A stretch of 64,000 nucleotides of DNA, taken from positions 28,706,001 to 28,770,000 of the forward strand of contig OZ024758.1 of the NCBI GenBank assembly GCA_964016885.1, written 5' to 3'. Made by a program: the position numbers and the translations under genes. The notes beneath the pieces are model-generated. The model was not told the origin of the DNA, searched no databases, and saw only the letters and a list, made by a program, of their open reading frames with translations. The DNA comes from Eledone cirrhosa. Lineage: Eukaryota. Positions 1 to 13,300 of this stretch are shown here, in pieces. The stretch's first letter is position 1. Every line of letters begins with the position of its first letter.

Positions 1-114
1 ATTTTGAGAACAATACCTTAACATAAGTATGAGCTGCTGGTTACATCCAGTTTGAACAGAAAGAGGTGGGAGAATTCTGGCCAGATACAGCCGGTTTCAA
101 TGCTAAAGGGTTAA
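1..114. mobile_element. piggyBac-type MITE family A (partial, window edge)
   Basis: Ends AATGCTAAAGGG-TTAA; body shared with the other copies. Confidence 0.75.
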
Positions 115-1552
115 TACTACCCTTCACTTGATATCTCTCTTGCCAGCAAACATAAAACTACCACCACTGCCTCTCTTGCATTACCTCCAACATCACTCTC
201 TCTTTCTTCCATTGTTCATTCCACTACTGTTAATTCCTTGCCCATTGCTCCTGGATTTTCTCTCATTGCATCCAAACAGCTGGACATTATAGTCTTAAAT
301 TCCAATGAGCCTACATTACACAGCAGTTTGAAATACTATAACATTTACTTAAAACTAACTGCAGTAAGAGGACTGTAGAAATATTATTGGCAATGCATCA
401 GCCACATGACTAAAACTTACAAAAAACATCATCATCATCATCATCATCATCTAACGTCCATTTTTCAACACTCTGGAGGGTTAGTTGGGTCCGTTTCAGC
501 ACGGCATCTTTCCACTTGCCGTGTTCCTTTATCATCTCTCTGAGTCTCAGTAATTTAAGATCAGCTTTTGCCTCCTTCTTATTTAGATAGGTATCTATAA
601 ATATATGTATTTATAAATGAATCAGTGAGATGATTAAGACAAATCTTTTGAAATGTGATCTGATGACTTTAAAAAAAAAAACACACTAATTCAGCTTTCT
701 AACTTAGATAATTGTGTAATGTCTATAACAGCAGCATGTAATTATGAGCCACAAGGAAGCTTTACATGGTCATTTAACTCTCTAGAAATGACAGCCAAAT
801 CTTCTTTGTTATTTTTAGCATTGGTTGACAAGCTCCTCATGTTATTTAGGTAAAATATTATTTGAATTTGAAAAGCTCATTTTTCAACTGATTGGTATAA
901 TGGTGTGAAGTTTTGTTTTCCTTTAATATCCAAAATATGCTAGAAGTAGCAGCCAAAATCTGCCATTCTATTCACTTCCTATTGTGTTTAAAAAGAAGGA
1001 AACATTGGATAATAAATTAGTCTTACTTTCATTAACTGATTGGTATAATTATGGGTGGGGGTTTATATTAAAAATATGCTGGAAATAGCAGCCAAAATCT
1101 CTCCTCTCGTCACATTCTTTCATCTTTAAAAAGAAAAAATCAGATAATGAATCAGTTTCAGTATAAAAATGGAATATTATCTACCATAAAATACATAAGT
1201 ATTTCTTCATATTTTCTATAACTAACATCAGAAAACTATTGTAATTGAGTTAAAATTTTAAGCAAACTATTTCACCACATGATTGTGCTTATAATGATGA
1301 TGATAATAAAAGTTGCTGGTTCTAATTTAGGTACAAGGCTGGAAATTCGGTGTGGGGTCGAGTTGATTAAATGGATTGGTCCTTTATTTTAACACCCTGA
1401 GCTCAGGACATAAAAGGCAGAGCCAACAATAATTTCTGTTATTGGCCCTTCAGTGATTTAAGCATCTTCACATCAAATGTTGTATTCATGGAGTTATTAA
1501 TTAAATATTTTACTATACACTGTCATTTTTTATGGGTACTATGCTTATATAT

Positions 1553-1812
1553 ATGTAAAGTGGTTGTTATGGTGACACGGTAAAAAGCGCCCAACCCACA
1601 CTGTAAAGTGGTCGTGTAGGTGTGTCGACAAAAAGCACCCAGTACTCACTGTAAATGGGGTTGGCATTAGGAAAGGCATCCAGCTGTAGAAACCAAGCCA
1701 TAATCAGTTCTGTATAAACAAGGCATAGTCAGCTGACTTAGCATTGGCCACAACAGGACAACTCATCTAACCCATGCTAGCGTTGAAAAATGGACGTAAA
1801 ATGATAATGATA
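1553..1812 (+). mobile_element. Headless non-autonomous retroposon (49-bp units + GGAAGGGCATCC module + ATG-repeat tail); relatives at ~27100-27500, 47660-47893, 50786-50995
   Basis: Two 49-bp units, ACCCATGCTAGCGT.GAAAA.TGGACGT tail. Confidence 0.7.
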
Positions 1813-4217
1813 TATGAATACACACACACACACACACGTGTGTGTGTGTCAGTAATTGCAAGCCAGAGTATGTGTCACTAAGGCTGTAATTGTATATTCT
1901 TTAATCAGTATGTATGTAAAGTGCGCTATATAAATCTGCTGTAAATTAAGTCATTTAACTTCAACTTTAAAAAAAACCCCACATATTTGGCACCCAGACA
2001 GCACTGTTAGTATTTCATATTGTTAATGCAGGTGGTTTTATTTGTTTGTCTTGCATAAACAATCATCCAGTGACTCAGATAAAAAATTACATTTATCTTC
2101 AGTTTTGATTCAATACTGTGTGTGTGTGTACAAACACATGAGTGTAAACATGAAAGAAAAGCATATGTAAAAGAGTATATTACCTGAAACTTAGTCTGTA
2201 TATCAGTGCTGTCATTTCCAACAATGCCTACTTCTATGCTATCATTTTCATTCCTACTTAGCTTTCCATGCCTAAGGATTAACATGAACAACAAGCAACT
2301 AAAACCCTCAAACTCACTATAAGTACTAGGCCTCAAAATGACTGATCTCTCTTGGCAATTTCACATGCTCAAAATAGCAAAGATTGGCCTTCATTTTGAA
2401 AGCCAGAAAATCGCTACGCACAACAGCTAACTGGACACAAAGCTGAAGTGAAATTATACAATGGAATACTGCACATAGACAGTTTATACTGCATCCTCCC
2501 TCTCTCAAAAGGTCACCTGAATGATTAGCATAAAATTATTCACTCTGGCTTCTATTCTACAAACATGACGTTTACTAACTTTACCTCCCTTACCACTACT
2601 ATAGTGGTCTGTGCTCCTTTAGAAGTCTCATGTCAACCCTCTGGAATACCCTTACAGTCTTTTGACCCTGCAACCATCAACTTGAAGTTGTTCAAGAAAT
2701 TAACTGCACCGATCACCCCTATATCAGCCTGTGATGGCTATGGGCATCTACTTCAGACCAAACCATTAAAATTAAAATAGCAGCCTTAAAGTTCAGTTTT
2801 GTATTCATTGTTTTAAATTAACACAGACCAACCACTTGTGGTAATTTATCAAACCTTTAATAGGAGCTTGTGCTTATTTTTTACTCAAATTATGCTGAGG
2901 GAATGGGCTTTGCCTATGGTCTTTGCAATCCTTCAATATTCATAAGATCCAGCATGGTTTAATGTTCCTTTGGAACAAATGCAAGTTGGCAGTTGTTGAA
3001 AGGGAATTCCAGAAGCCCAATATTCTTAGGAAAAAAGACTGGGCTGAGGGATTAGTGCAGGGCATGGAATGGTGGACACAGTGTGGGTGATAATAGGAAG
3101 AGATAAGTGTGTTGAGTGCCTGAGTGGTGGCGTGAGACCAGCAAGCTCCAAGGAGCTGATGTTACTTTAGGGGCAGTAGAAGAGGCAGAGCATGGAAACA
3201 ACCTGTCTGTGAGTGAGAGGTTAAAGTGTGTTAATTAACTTCATGCCAGACAGTCATGTACCCTTTCATTGGATGCAGTTTAGGATGTCCTGAGTGTGTA
3301 TAGCAGATGTAGGAGCAGTACTGTATTGTGGGTTTCACTTGGGTTTGAAAGCCCCGTCTTTGTGATGCAGTATTTATTGAGTATATGAGAAATCTTTATT
3401 GTTGGTGAGGCCCAGCATTTGTAATGAGGTAAAGTATGATAATGTTTTCTTGTATTGTGTAGTAATTGTGTCATTGTGCTGTTGGAGGTAAGGTTGACAT
3501 GACTCTATTGGGGAATATTTATGAGATCCCTGTTCATAAAATCAATGCAAGTTGGTGTGACAAAACCAAACCTTGGGGCACACCAAAGTTGATATTGTGT
3601 GCCCCAGAAAGTTACATCAGCACACACTGATAATGACACTAACGGGAAACGTCCAATCCAAAATACAAGAGGCAGATACAGCCCATAGTCTTGCAGTTTA
3701 GTTATATGGAAATATTATAACCAAAATGGGCTTATTGGATAAATTCTAAGATATTTGTTATTATACCATTGACCATTGTCTTGTAGCATATGTTATTCAA
3801 ATCAGTAATTGTGTGTGTAGGATTGGTTAGATCAAATAACATTCAAAACTTTTTGGATAACTGCTATTTTTATAATTCATGTAAATTAATATTTCTTAAA
3901 TTCATTCAAGTTAACTTACATTCCCAGTTGTATAAACTCACTCCAGTGACTCCTACTTATACTGAGCTTTTCTTGAAACTTGCACTACCATTCTTATCTA
4001 TGAGGAAAATAACACTGTAAATGAACCATTTTCTTCCTTTTTCTTTTTTCTCCACAAAAATAAATTAGATTTCTCTTGAGTTTTAATTGATGCAATGGAT
4101 TGTTCATTTTTGTTATAACATGATATTATTTTAGCTCAACTATCATAGTAAAGCTTGATATTAATTTAATATATATGTAAAACAAATTTACATTTTCCAT
4201 TTCAGGTGGGGTGTGCC

Positions 4218-4292
4218 ATGCAAAGAAAAAAGAAATCAGGCCCCTTGCACATTCTCCTATATTCAGAGCAGAATATCAAGCTATCATCATGA
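4218..4292 (+). other. uORF ([24 protein letters not shown]) whose TGA overlaps the KMT2E ATG
   Basis: gccATGc at 4218; open to TGA 4290-4292; ATGA overlap with ATG 4289. Confidence 0.6.
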
Positions 4293-4359
4293 GCTTGGTA
4301 GTCCGCCAGGACCTGATTGCACCTGCATCTGCAGCTGTCAAAATGGCTGCTGGTACTCA
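4289..4359 (+). CDS. KMT2E: KMT2E coding exon 1 ([23 protein letters not shown]); exon acceptor at 4205
   Basis: ATG at 4289; donor CA|GTAAGT; resembles the family N-terminus. Confidence 0.85.
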
Positions 4360-7300
4360 GTAAGTTTATGATTAATAAATAAATAGTTTATAAAAGAAAG
4401 AAAAAAGTACTAGAAATGGCAGGATTTTTTTTTTATATATAACTTTTGGTAGTGGGGTTAATAAACTTCATAAAAAAAATTAATGTATAAAACCTTTCTA
4501 CTATACCATTTCTCATCCAGTGAAGTTAACAATAATTCTTTCTGAATAGAATACTGATATAATGAACTTTAAATAGATTTTGTTTTAAAGTATATGTTAT
4601 GCTAATCTACTGAAGCAAATAATTAAAGATAACATATTTTCACCTGTACTTTTGCTGTAATATGAGTCTATTTCTTCTAGTCCTGAATCTAGAGAAGCTG
4701 TTTGTGCAGCAGCTACAACTCAAGAGGATCCAAATTATCCACCTCCAGAAGCTTATGCTAGATGTTTTGGACTTCCCTATCAAGTTAAATTGGTAATTCT
4801 TTTTTTTTTATCATTTTATTAGGGCGGTGGATTGTCAGTATCGGTAGAACGTCGGGCACTCTGCTTTGCAGCATAGAGTTACAGCTCTTTACATTCTGAA
4901 TTCTAACCATCGAGGTTAACTTTGCCTTTCATCCATATGGGGTTAATAAAATAATGTACCAGTAACACACTGGGGTTGATTAAATCGACTTCCCCTCTTC
5001 CCAAAATTGTTGACTTTGTTGCTATAAGAGAAGCCAGCTGGAATGGCTCTTCCTGGGAAACGCCTTCTCTATTCTGTCAGTGGGCAACCAGCATGTGGGT
5101 ACCCATTTGTTCATAATATAGAGATGGGGAGAGCGGGAGAGGCAAAGGACTGACTGGGAGTTTGTTTCACTTGGGAGAGCAGGAGAGACAGAGTTACTGA
5201 CAGTGGGAATTTGGTTCTTTTGAGTTCAGACCTGGTGTACATGTATATGTTTCACAGACAGACACATATTTTATCATTATTTTTATAATTGAGTTCACTC
5301 TGTTTACTTGTGAAAATTTAGATGTGAAATATAAGATTTAATCCCATTGGTCTAGATTGCATTCAATAAGATTATTGGTGCTATCCTATTCTGGATAATT
5401 TGTATTATATAAAAATACAAATGCTGGTGTTTGAATGACTTGCATTTATTTTATTAGTAAATCAAAACTCATTTTTCTGTTCTCCATTATTTACTGTTTA
5501 TAAGTTCTAGATATCGATCCTTTATACATTTTCTGCTAAATGAAAGATCACATAGTCATAGAGGAAATGCAAGTTGACAGTTGTTGAAAGGGAATTCCTG
5601 AAGTCTAATGTTCAATAGGAAAAAAGACTGGGCTGAGAGACTAGTAATGATGGACAATGTGGATGATAATAGGAAGAGCGATAGACAAGTGTATTGAGAG
5701 TGTCTCAGTGGTGGTATGAGACCAGCAAGCTCCAATGGGCAGGTGCTACTGTAGTAGTAGTAGAAGAGGCAGAGCGTGGAAACAGCCTGTCTGTTATGAA
5801 AGTTTACCTTGCTTGTGGTGCTTTTAATGTCTAATCTTTTCTCAGCTTACTTGTGCATGTATAATTTTAACCCTTTTGTTTCCATATTTCTAATGAAAGA
5901 TACTGCTGACAATTTTCAACATAACTTAACTCTTTAGCATTTACATTACTCTATATATATATTCGTGAAGGCGCATGGCTTAGTGGTTAGAGCATTGGGT
6001 TTGCAATCGAAAGGTTGTGAGTTCAATTCTCGGACCGGGTGATGTGTTGTTTCCTTGAGCAAGACACTTTATTTCACGTTGCTCCAGTTTACTCAGCTGT
6101 AGAAATGAGATGATAGGACTGGGGTCCCTATCATTAAAATTACCCAAGAGACCTCCAACGAGATATACCTTGGAGGAGGCCAGCTAAACCTGCAGAGGTG
6201 TGAGCTGTCACACACACACACACACATATATGCTATTCTATTTTTGCTTTACCTTACATAATTATCTCACACAATATTGAATCTATGAGATTTGTATGTT
6301 ATTTATTTTGAAAACAATACCTTAACGTCAGTATGAGTGGCCAGTTACAATAGAAAGAGGTGAGAGAATTCTGGTTGGATACAACCAGTTAAAATGCTAA
6401 AGGGTTAAAGATACTTACATAAAATCACAATGGAACGATTTTAATAATAATAATAATAATAATGAAATTATTGTGTAAAGTGCTCAGGTGAATATAATCA
6501 CTTTAAAAGAAACAAGTTTTTATCATGAACCTGGGATAGTTTCAGACAATTTGGTATCAAAGGGGTTAAATAATTTGCTATTACTTAGCTTTTTGTGTAT
6601 GAATTAATCTACTTTATTTTATCTATTTCTCTAGGACCATAACTATGTTGCCCCACCACCTCCCACACCACCCCAATCACCTCCTCCTCTGCCACCACAA
6701 CCACCACCATCATCCAAGATTAATGGCCATTTGGAAATTGATGTGTCCTCTGTGCCTGCTGTTAAAGAAAAGGATGTTGATACTGAAGATAGTATTACAA
6801 GGTGTATATGTGAACTTCAGCATGATGATGGGTACATGATATGCTGTGATAAGTGCAGGTGAGGCTTTTTTTTTGTATTTGGTAGTTGCTTTGTGGGGTA
6901 TTTATTTTCTACAAGAATACATATTTGCTAAAACAAATAATTAAATGTAATGTAAATATCACATAAAACGAGTTATACATATACTCTTATCGTGTATTTG
7001 TTTTGTCATGCTACTTAAACATATTTTACAAGCTATTTGCTTTGTATTTTTAGTGTGTGGCAACATATTGACTGTATGGGAGTCAGGAATAACATCCCTG
7101 ACTCTTACTTCTGTGAGAAATGTGAACCTAGGCAAGTTGATGTTGAAAAAGCTCGACTTATTCAAACAAGGAAATTGGAAGAGTTAACAGGTAATACATT
7201 ATACTTTTTTTCTTTAAATTTATATATCAGCACATTAAGCGTCAATGGACAGGGCTAATCGCTCAACCATGGAAGCATTTGTCCACCCCACATTTGTTTG

Positions 7301-10300
7301 GCTTGGACAAGTAGACCTAAAACCAGCATAGTTGAAAATGTCTGGACGGTATATTAGCTTATTTATTAATGTTCTTTCACCTCAGATTTAATTTTCCCTC
7401 CTTTTTAAGGATATAATATTGCCTTTGGTGTAATATTGTTTATTTGTTTTTTTTTTGTTTTTTTTTTTCCACAAAATTTATGATTCTATATTAAAATTAT
7501 TCTCTTACATTCTTTGAAGAAAAAAATGAAAGGAACATATCAAAGAATTCTATGCTCACATAAACCAAACTCTTTTACTTGCTTAAGTCATTAGACTGTA
7601 CAATGCATTGGTACTGCCTTCTGGGAATTTTAGTCAACTGTATTGACCCAAGTTCATTGTATGGTACTTCTTATATTGACCAAGGTTTTTAAAAAATTTT
7701 ACATTTAAGTTATGTTTGAATTGAGATGCGATATATAGATTTTTGGAATTTTCAGGTTTTCCTATTAATAATGGTAATAAGGTTGAATCCTGTCATTATT
7801 AGTTCATTTTAGATTTTTAGTTATTTTTTTAAATAACATATTTCAGCAACATGGTCATCACTAATATTTGACATTGTTTCAAATAATTGAGAATTCACAG
7901 TATCAAGATTACAAAAGATAATTTTTGTTTTTCTATTAACTTATATTTTACCTGTTTTTCTAGGTTTAAATTTAGAAATATTCGAAATAACTTCAATAGG
8001 CTTTGTATTTCATTATTGTTACCAATTGATTTGTAAATTACATATAAGTGCAACCTAGATACCTCACACAAAACCTACACTGACCACTGACCACATGAAC
8101 AGAGACCTTGAAAATATCCCCCAAAGAGGTCATGCCAATCTTGTCTCCTTCAATGGCAAAAAAACATACCACTGCAACCCATCAAGAAAGCATCATTGCA
8201 CTTCACCCTCCTTAAATGTGAGCAGCACACAACTACAGTCCTCGTGATCACTAAGTATCTCTTATAGTAAATGTAGATCCTTAACCCTTTAGCATTTAAA
8301 CTGGCCGTATCTGGCCAGAATTCTCTCACCTCTTTCTGTTCAAACCAGCTGTAACCGGCTGCTCATATTGATGTTAAGGTATTGTTCTCAAAATAAATAA
8401 CACCAAAATCTCATAGATTCGGTATTATGTGAAATAAAACCTTTTATATAAAATTGCAATAGTAGATATAGAAGATTACCCCTTTTCTTCAGAGCCCGAA
8501 AATACTACAGCTTCCCCCAACTTCTAACTCTTTACAAAACTCAGGTGAGATCTACAATGGTGTACTGCTGCTATACACACAAACATCTAAATCTATATTC
8601 TAAGAAAGAACACTCGACAATAAAGTCAATCAGACTGTTGAGTTCTTCCTTCTATACCCTTGTTGCAGTAGCTTCTACTCCGGCATACTTGACTGGCTCT
8701 TCTCATCATCCATGCTGGGTCCAAGTCTCCAACACCAGTACTAACCACTACACCCAGTCTTTCCTCCCCAGAATGTCAACAAACTTGATTTCCCTCTTGG
8801 CACATGCACTTTCTTGCAGTCATAGACTTGCAACTGTTTAAGCAGAATGATTTCAGCATCTATCTCACTAGTCTTGAAGAGCCTGCCAAGGTCATAAGCA
8901 CTGTCCTTTCCTCCACACCTAACTATTTAAAAAAACAAACAAAAATTAACACTTTCAAAATAGGAAAAGGCGTTTTCTACTGCAAAATTAATTTTAAAAT
9001 AGGTAAATGATATATTTTCAGTTATGTGCTTTAACTTTCTTGCTTCAAAGCATTGGCTTTTCCAAAATAAATATTTGAGAAAAGTTGTTTTTAGTAGTTA
9101 TTATAAGTGCTCCAGTAGTAAATTAACTAGAAATGGTTAAATATTAGATCATTGAATATAAGCCAAAGCAACTGAAATGGATTTAAAATAGTGTAGTGGT
9201 AATAATATAAATTCTGATGGTATGATGCCCTATATGATACTTCAACCATTGATTAGGTTTAGAATTTCTTCAAATAAAAATAGATATTGCTTCATGTAAC
9301 TTTTTATAACATCTGATCATATACTTTCTAATTGGAAATAATTTGTCTCTTATTTGATTAGTGTTTTAGTATGGCTAGATACTTTATATCCCACCAAGGT
9401 CAAATTTCACACTTCATACAAATATGAATGTTATGCCTATCAAAAGAAATCTTTAAGCATCCCAAACAAATAATCAACAATATAAATATGTTTACTGCGC
9501 AGGTGTTCTTTCTTATCTTTTCTTATATTTAATGCAGAATCCATTTTGGGTTTCCTTTTGTTTTCAGATATTTAAGAATATATATTTTAACTTGTCATTT
9601 TTTTATATATACACTTTTACTTATTTCTTTTTGTTCCTAAAATATTTTATTTTGAAATATTTGTTTTTGTTACAATTTGAAAAAATGCATATATGGTCTT
9701 TTGAAGTTCAATTTTATCTTTGGAATATTTATTTCCTTTCGTAAGAAAGACCCTAAAAGCTCTTGCAGGTTATTCTCTTTTTAATTTCTACAGTATTTGT
9801 AATTCCAAGTGAGGACATTTCAAAGTGAGCACATTTCAGATCTAAGTGAAAATAATGATTCCATAGTGAGCTCTTAAACAATCCCTAAATTTACTTGATT
9901 AGCCAAGAATACATGATATATTAGACAGTGTGGGGCTTCTAAAACCATTGCACAAACTGATTTTTTAGACTCAGTGCAACACTTAATTATTTAAGAAGGT
10001 ATTTTGTTACACGTTTCTTGTAATAATTCTTAGAGAAATAGCATCAAGTAGGTGTGGAATAAAAAATACATGTGTCCAACATTGATATAGTCAACCCATA
10101 GATTGTTATGGTTGGGTTGGTGACATAGCTGTACTTCTGAAACAAAAATATGTTACAATCATATAATGAGTATTATTTTGCCTCATTAAAAACTTATAAT
10201 TAACTAGGCAAGTTTCACATTGTTGACTTTACAAATGATGTTATGATGTTCTATTTTATATTAAATAAGCCTTTTTGTGCATTTCCTTTTTATCAGTACT

Positions 10301-13300
10301 CATTTCTTGTTCTCTGTACTTCTCTCAGAATATCATAGTCAAATCTTTTTGTGTTAATCTCATTTTGAAAGCCTTAATCTCACTTTGAACTGGTATGGTC
10401 TCACTATGTCCTTGCATAGAATAACAAATACTATGTTATTAATTTTGCTATTACTTGCAGTGTTTGGTAATTATTTGTATCAATTAGTGCTAAGAGTATA
10501 TTTAAAACATTCCATTTTTTTCTTCATTAGTATTGAATGAAAAATTTTAATAGGAGAAATTCAATAATTTTATATTTTGAAATTGAGTTATCTGATTTTT
10601 AATTAGCTCTTTATAAATTCTAACTGTTCACTAATGCTATGTATCAAATTCTGTAAAGTTCAGCCCAACATCAGTGAAAATCTTCAAAATACTGGGGATG
10701 GATTAAAAAGTTGTTTAAGCTATCTAATTTGATTTTAAAATTGCTCTTTTAATTGTTTCAGGCTCTTATTCAGACATCAGGTATGAGGCTGTTAAGGGGA
10801 AGAACAGGGTTGCCGGAGAACATACTGGTAAGATTAAGACCTGACATCCCTACACTAGAGCTTAAATATCCTTACCGAATACATACTCCTCATACCAATA
10901 TATCATTTTTTCTTGAAAACCAATATATTTATTTCCTTTATGCTAATACTAGAGAAACTTGCTTTTTTTCTATTTATTTATATTTTGCTGGAGATTTATG
11001 ACATTTTAAAAATAATAAGTGGATATTCTTTTCTTAGAAAGATTAGATACTTTATTTTCCTTCGAAAATATAAAGAATAAATTCCAATCATGGATTGTAT
11101 TTTCTCCATCCACCCTATTACACTAATTTTTTATAAATTCATTTTGTTTCTATTTCAAGATTGATAAATTTAATATTTGATAAAAAATGAAGGCATCCTT
11201 TCTGTTGAATCTCCCAACATTCCTAGACAAACACTACTTATAGCTAGCGTACAAAATCGTGTAAACAAAAACTCTAAATGTAAGCAAACCATCTTGCTAC
11301 AATTGAAAAATAAAAAATTTCTTAATTCAGTAAGAAGCTTGGTGAGGCAAACGAAAAATTGTAAGATTGTTACCTTTTTCAAAAATATAATAATTTAATT
11401 ATGAACACAAAAACATTTCATATTATATTAAAATATGTAATGGTTTTTGAGATTTCCTTTCATTTTCAACTTTTTAAAGGTGTGAAGTGAAAAGAACTTG
11501 TTTAAAAAATGTTTATATTTTATGACATTGTAATTTGCATAATTTTATTTTTGCTAATGCTTTTATCGTTATTTCTTTTTCATTAAAGTAGTAAATATAT
11601 AGATATTAGAATAAACAGTTAAGTATCATAAATTGACAGGTGGAATTTACCTATATGCTTCTAACAAATCGTTTATTTTAATGAATTCCTTAAGAAAAAT
11701 CATTGTTAATGCATGCTTTGTAAATGTGTTTATTAAAATTTTTAAACCTTTTGTATGTTGTAACTTTACTCCCTTTTCACTTATAGATAGTTTAGAAGAT
11801 AGTTTTGTATCTAATAAATGCTTTCTATTACATATAAATGCTTTTTATTACATATTTATAGTATGGAAGTTTTTACTAAAGCAAAACCATTTTGGTACAC
11901 ATTCATGCTTTTCTTAAATGAATGCCAGCTGTACTATTAATTTCTTTATTTGTGAATTAAAAAGAAATATTTTGAAATTTTGGGACCCGTTTTTAAATCA
12001 TAATTTAACAAAATCAATGCTTCTTTTTAAAAGCATTATTTTTCTCTTTTTTTTTGTGGTGGGTATGCAATATGAAAATGTTTAATACCTTCATGCAGCT
12101 GATTTCTGTTGGCATAAATGTTTCAAAATGTGATATGTTTTGACTAGTTTAATTTCCTAGTAATATGAAGTACTCTCTTGTATGAAATTAATGCAAAAAT
12201 GTATCATTGTTGTTATATTTTACCAGATACCAGCGCAACTGATACTGACCCAGAGGAGGTAAATAACCGAATGATGGCTCTTGTAGAGAAAAATAAAAAG
12301 ACCAAAAGAACAAAACAGAAACCTGTTAAGAAAAAAAGGATGAAAGCAGCCAAAGAGAATAAAAAAGAGAACAAGGATAAAGAAGCAACAGTTAATAAAA
12401 AACAGAAGGTAACTTTGGATTCTCATTTGACCATTTGTATTTTCAATAAAATATATTATAGGCCAGAGATATAGTTCATAATGATTGAAGGTTTTAAAAA
12501 CTAACAAGTAGATTTTCTCTGAATATAAAACAAAGTATATTTGCCAAATACTATTTTAATGTAGAAATTCATCAAAAGCTTCCCTTAAATTCAAGTTGTT
12601 ATTTCTGTTCCACTTCTTCTATGGATTTTTATATGAACTGTATTTATGGAATAAAATGTTAAGTGATGCATTGTTAGGATAATGTTATGGTGAACACCCC
12701 TTTGAGATTAAAGAAATGGACTCGGCGGACTATTATAAATAAGCAACGTGTCTCATTGTCAAGAATTCGGTTGAGTCTCGCTTGAAAGTCTCACATTTTG
12801 TAATTGGAAGTTACGCCTGAGATAAAATTGTTAGTACTCTCGCAATGTAGAAAATATAACCCAGTCAAAAAGGTTATAAAATACAAAACAACATTAAATT
12901 CTCTACTATTATGATCAGTTATAGGATTTATTGTCATAATTAATCAGATATGTGATAAAAACTTTTACAATAAAAGTGTAGAAGAGATTAGTATAACTTT
13001 GAAAGAAAAATTTTCATAAAAAAAGATACACAGTATGTCTTTTTCTCAAGTCTGAGGTTGTCTGGTTGTAGTGAAAACATTTAAATGAAATGCCATCTTA
13101 ATGGTTTTTTTTTATAAATTCCTTTACTGCTGTATATTTTTAATCATATTTGTACTCATTAAAATTTTTATTTTTCTCTGTAGACGCCGAAAGATACCTC
13201 GAAAAAAACACCTCGAACAAAGGTGAGCATTGTTATAGATTGTTTGTGCTTAAAATAGAATTTGCAACACCATATTCCACCAGTGCTAAATTATTAAAAT

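Noticed and set aside
2007-2780. Short ORFs as an upstream gene
   Set aside because: No splice-consistent structure; partly degraded LINE sequence.
3572-3607. GGGGCACA..TGTGCCCC hairpin as a possible miRNA precursor
   Set aside because: Stem too short; more likely a DNA-transposon remnant.
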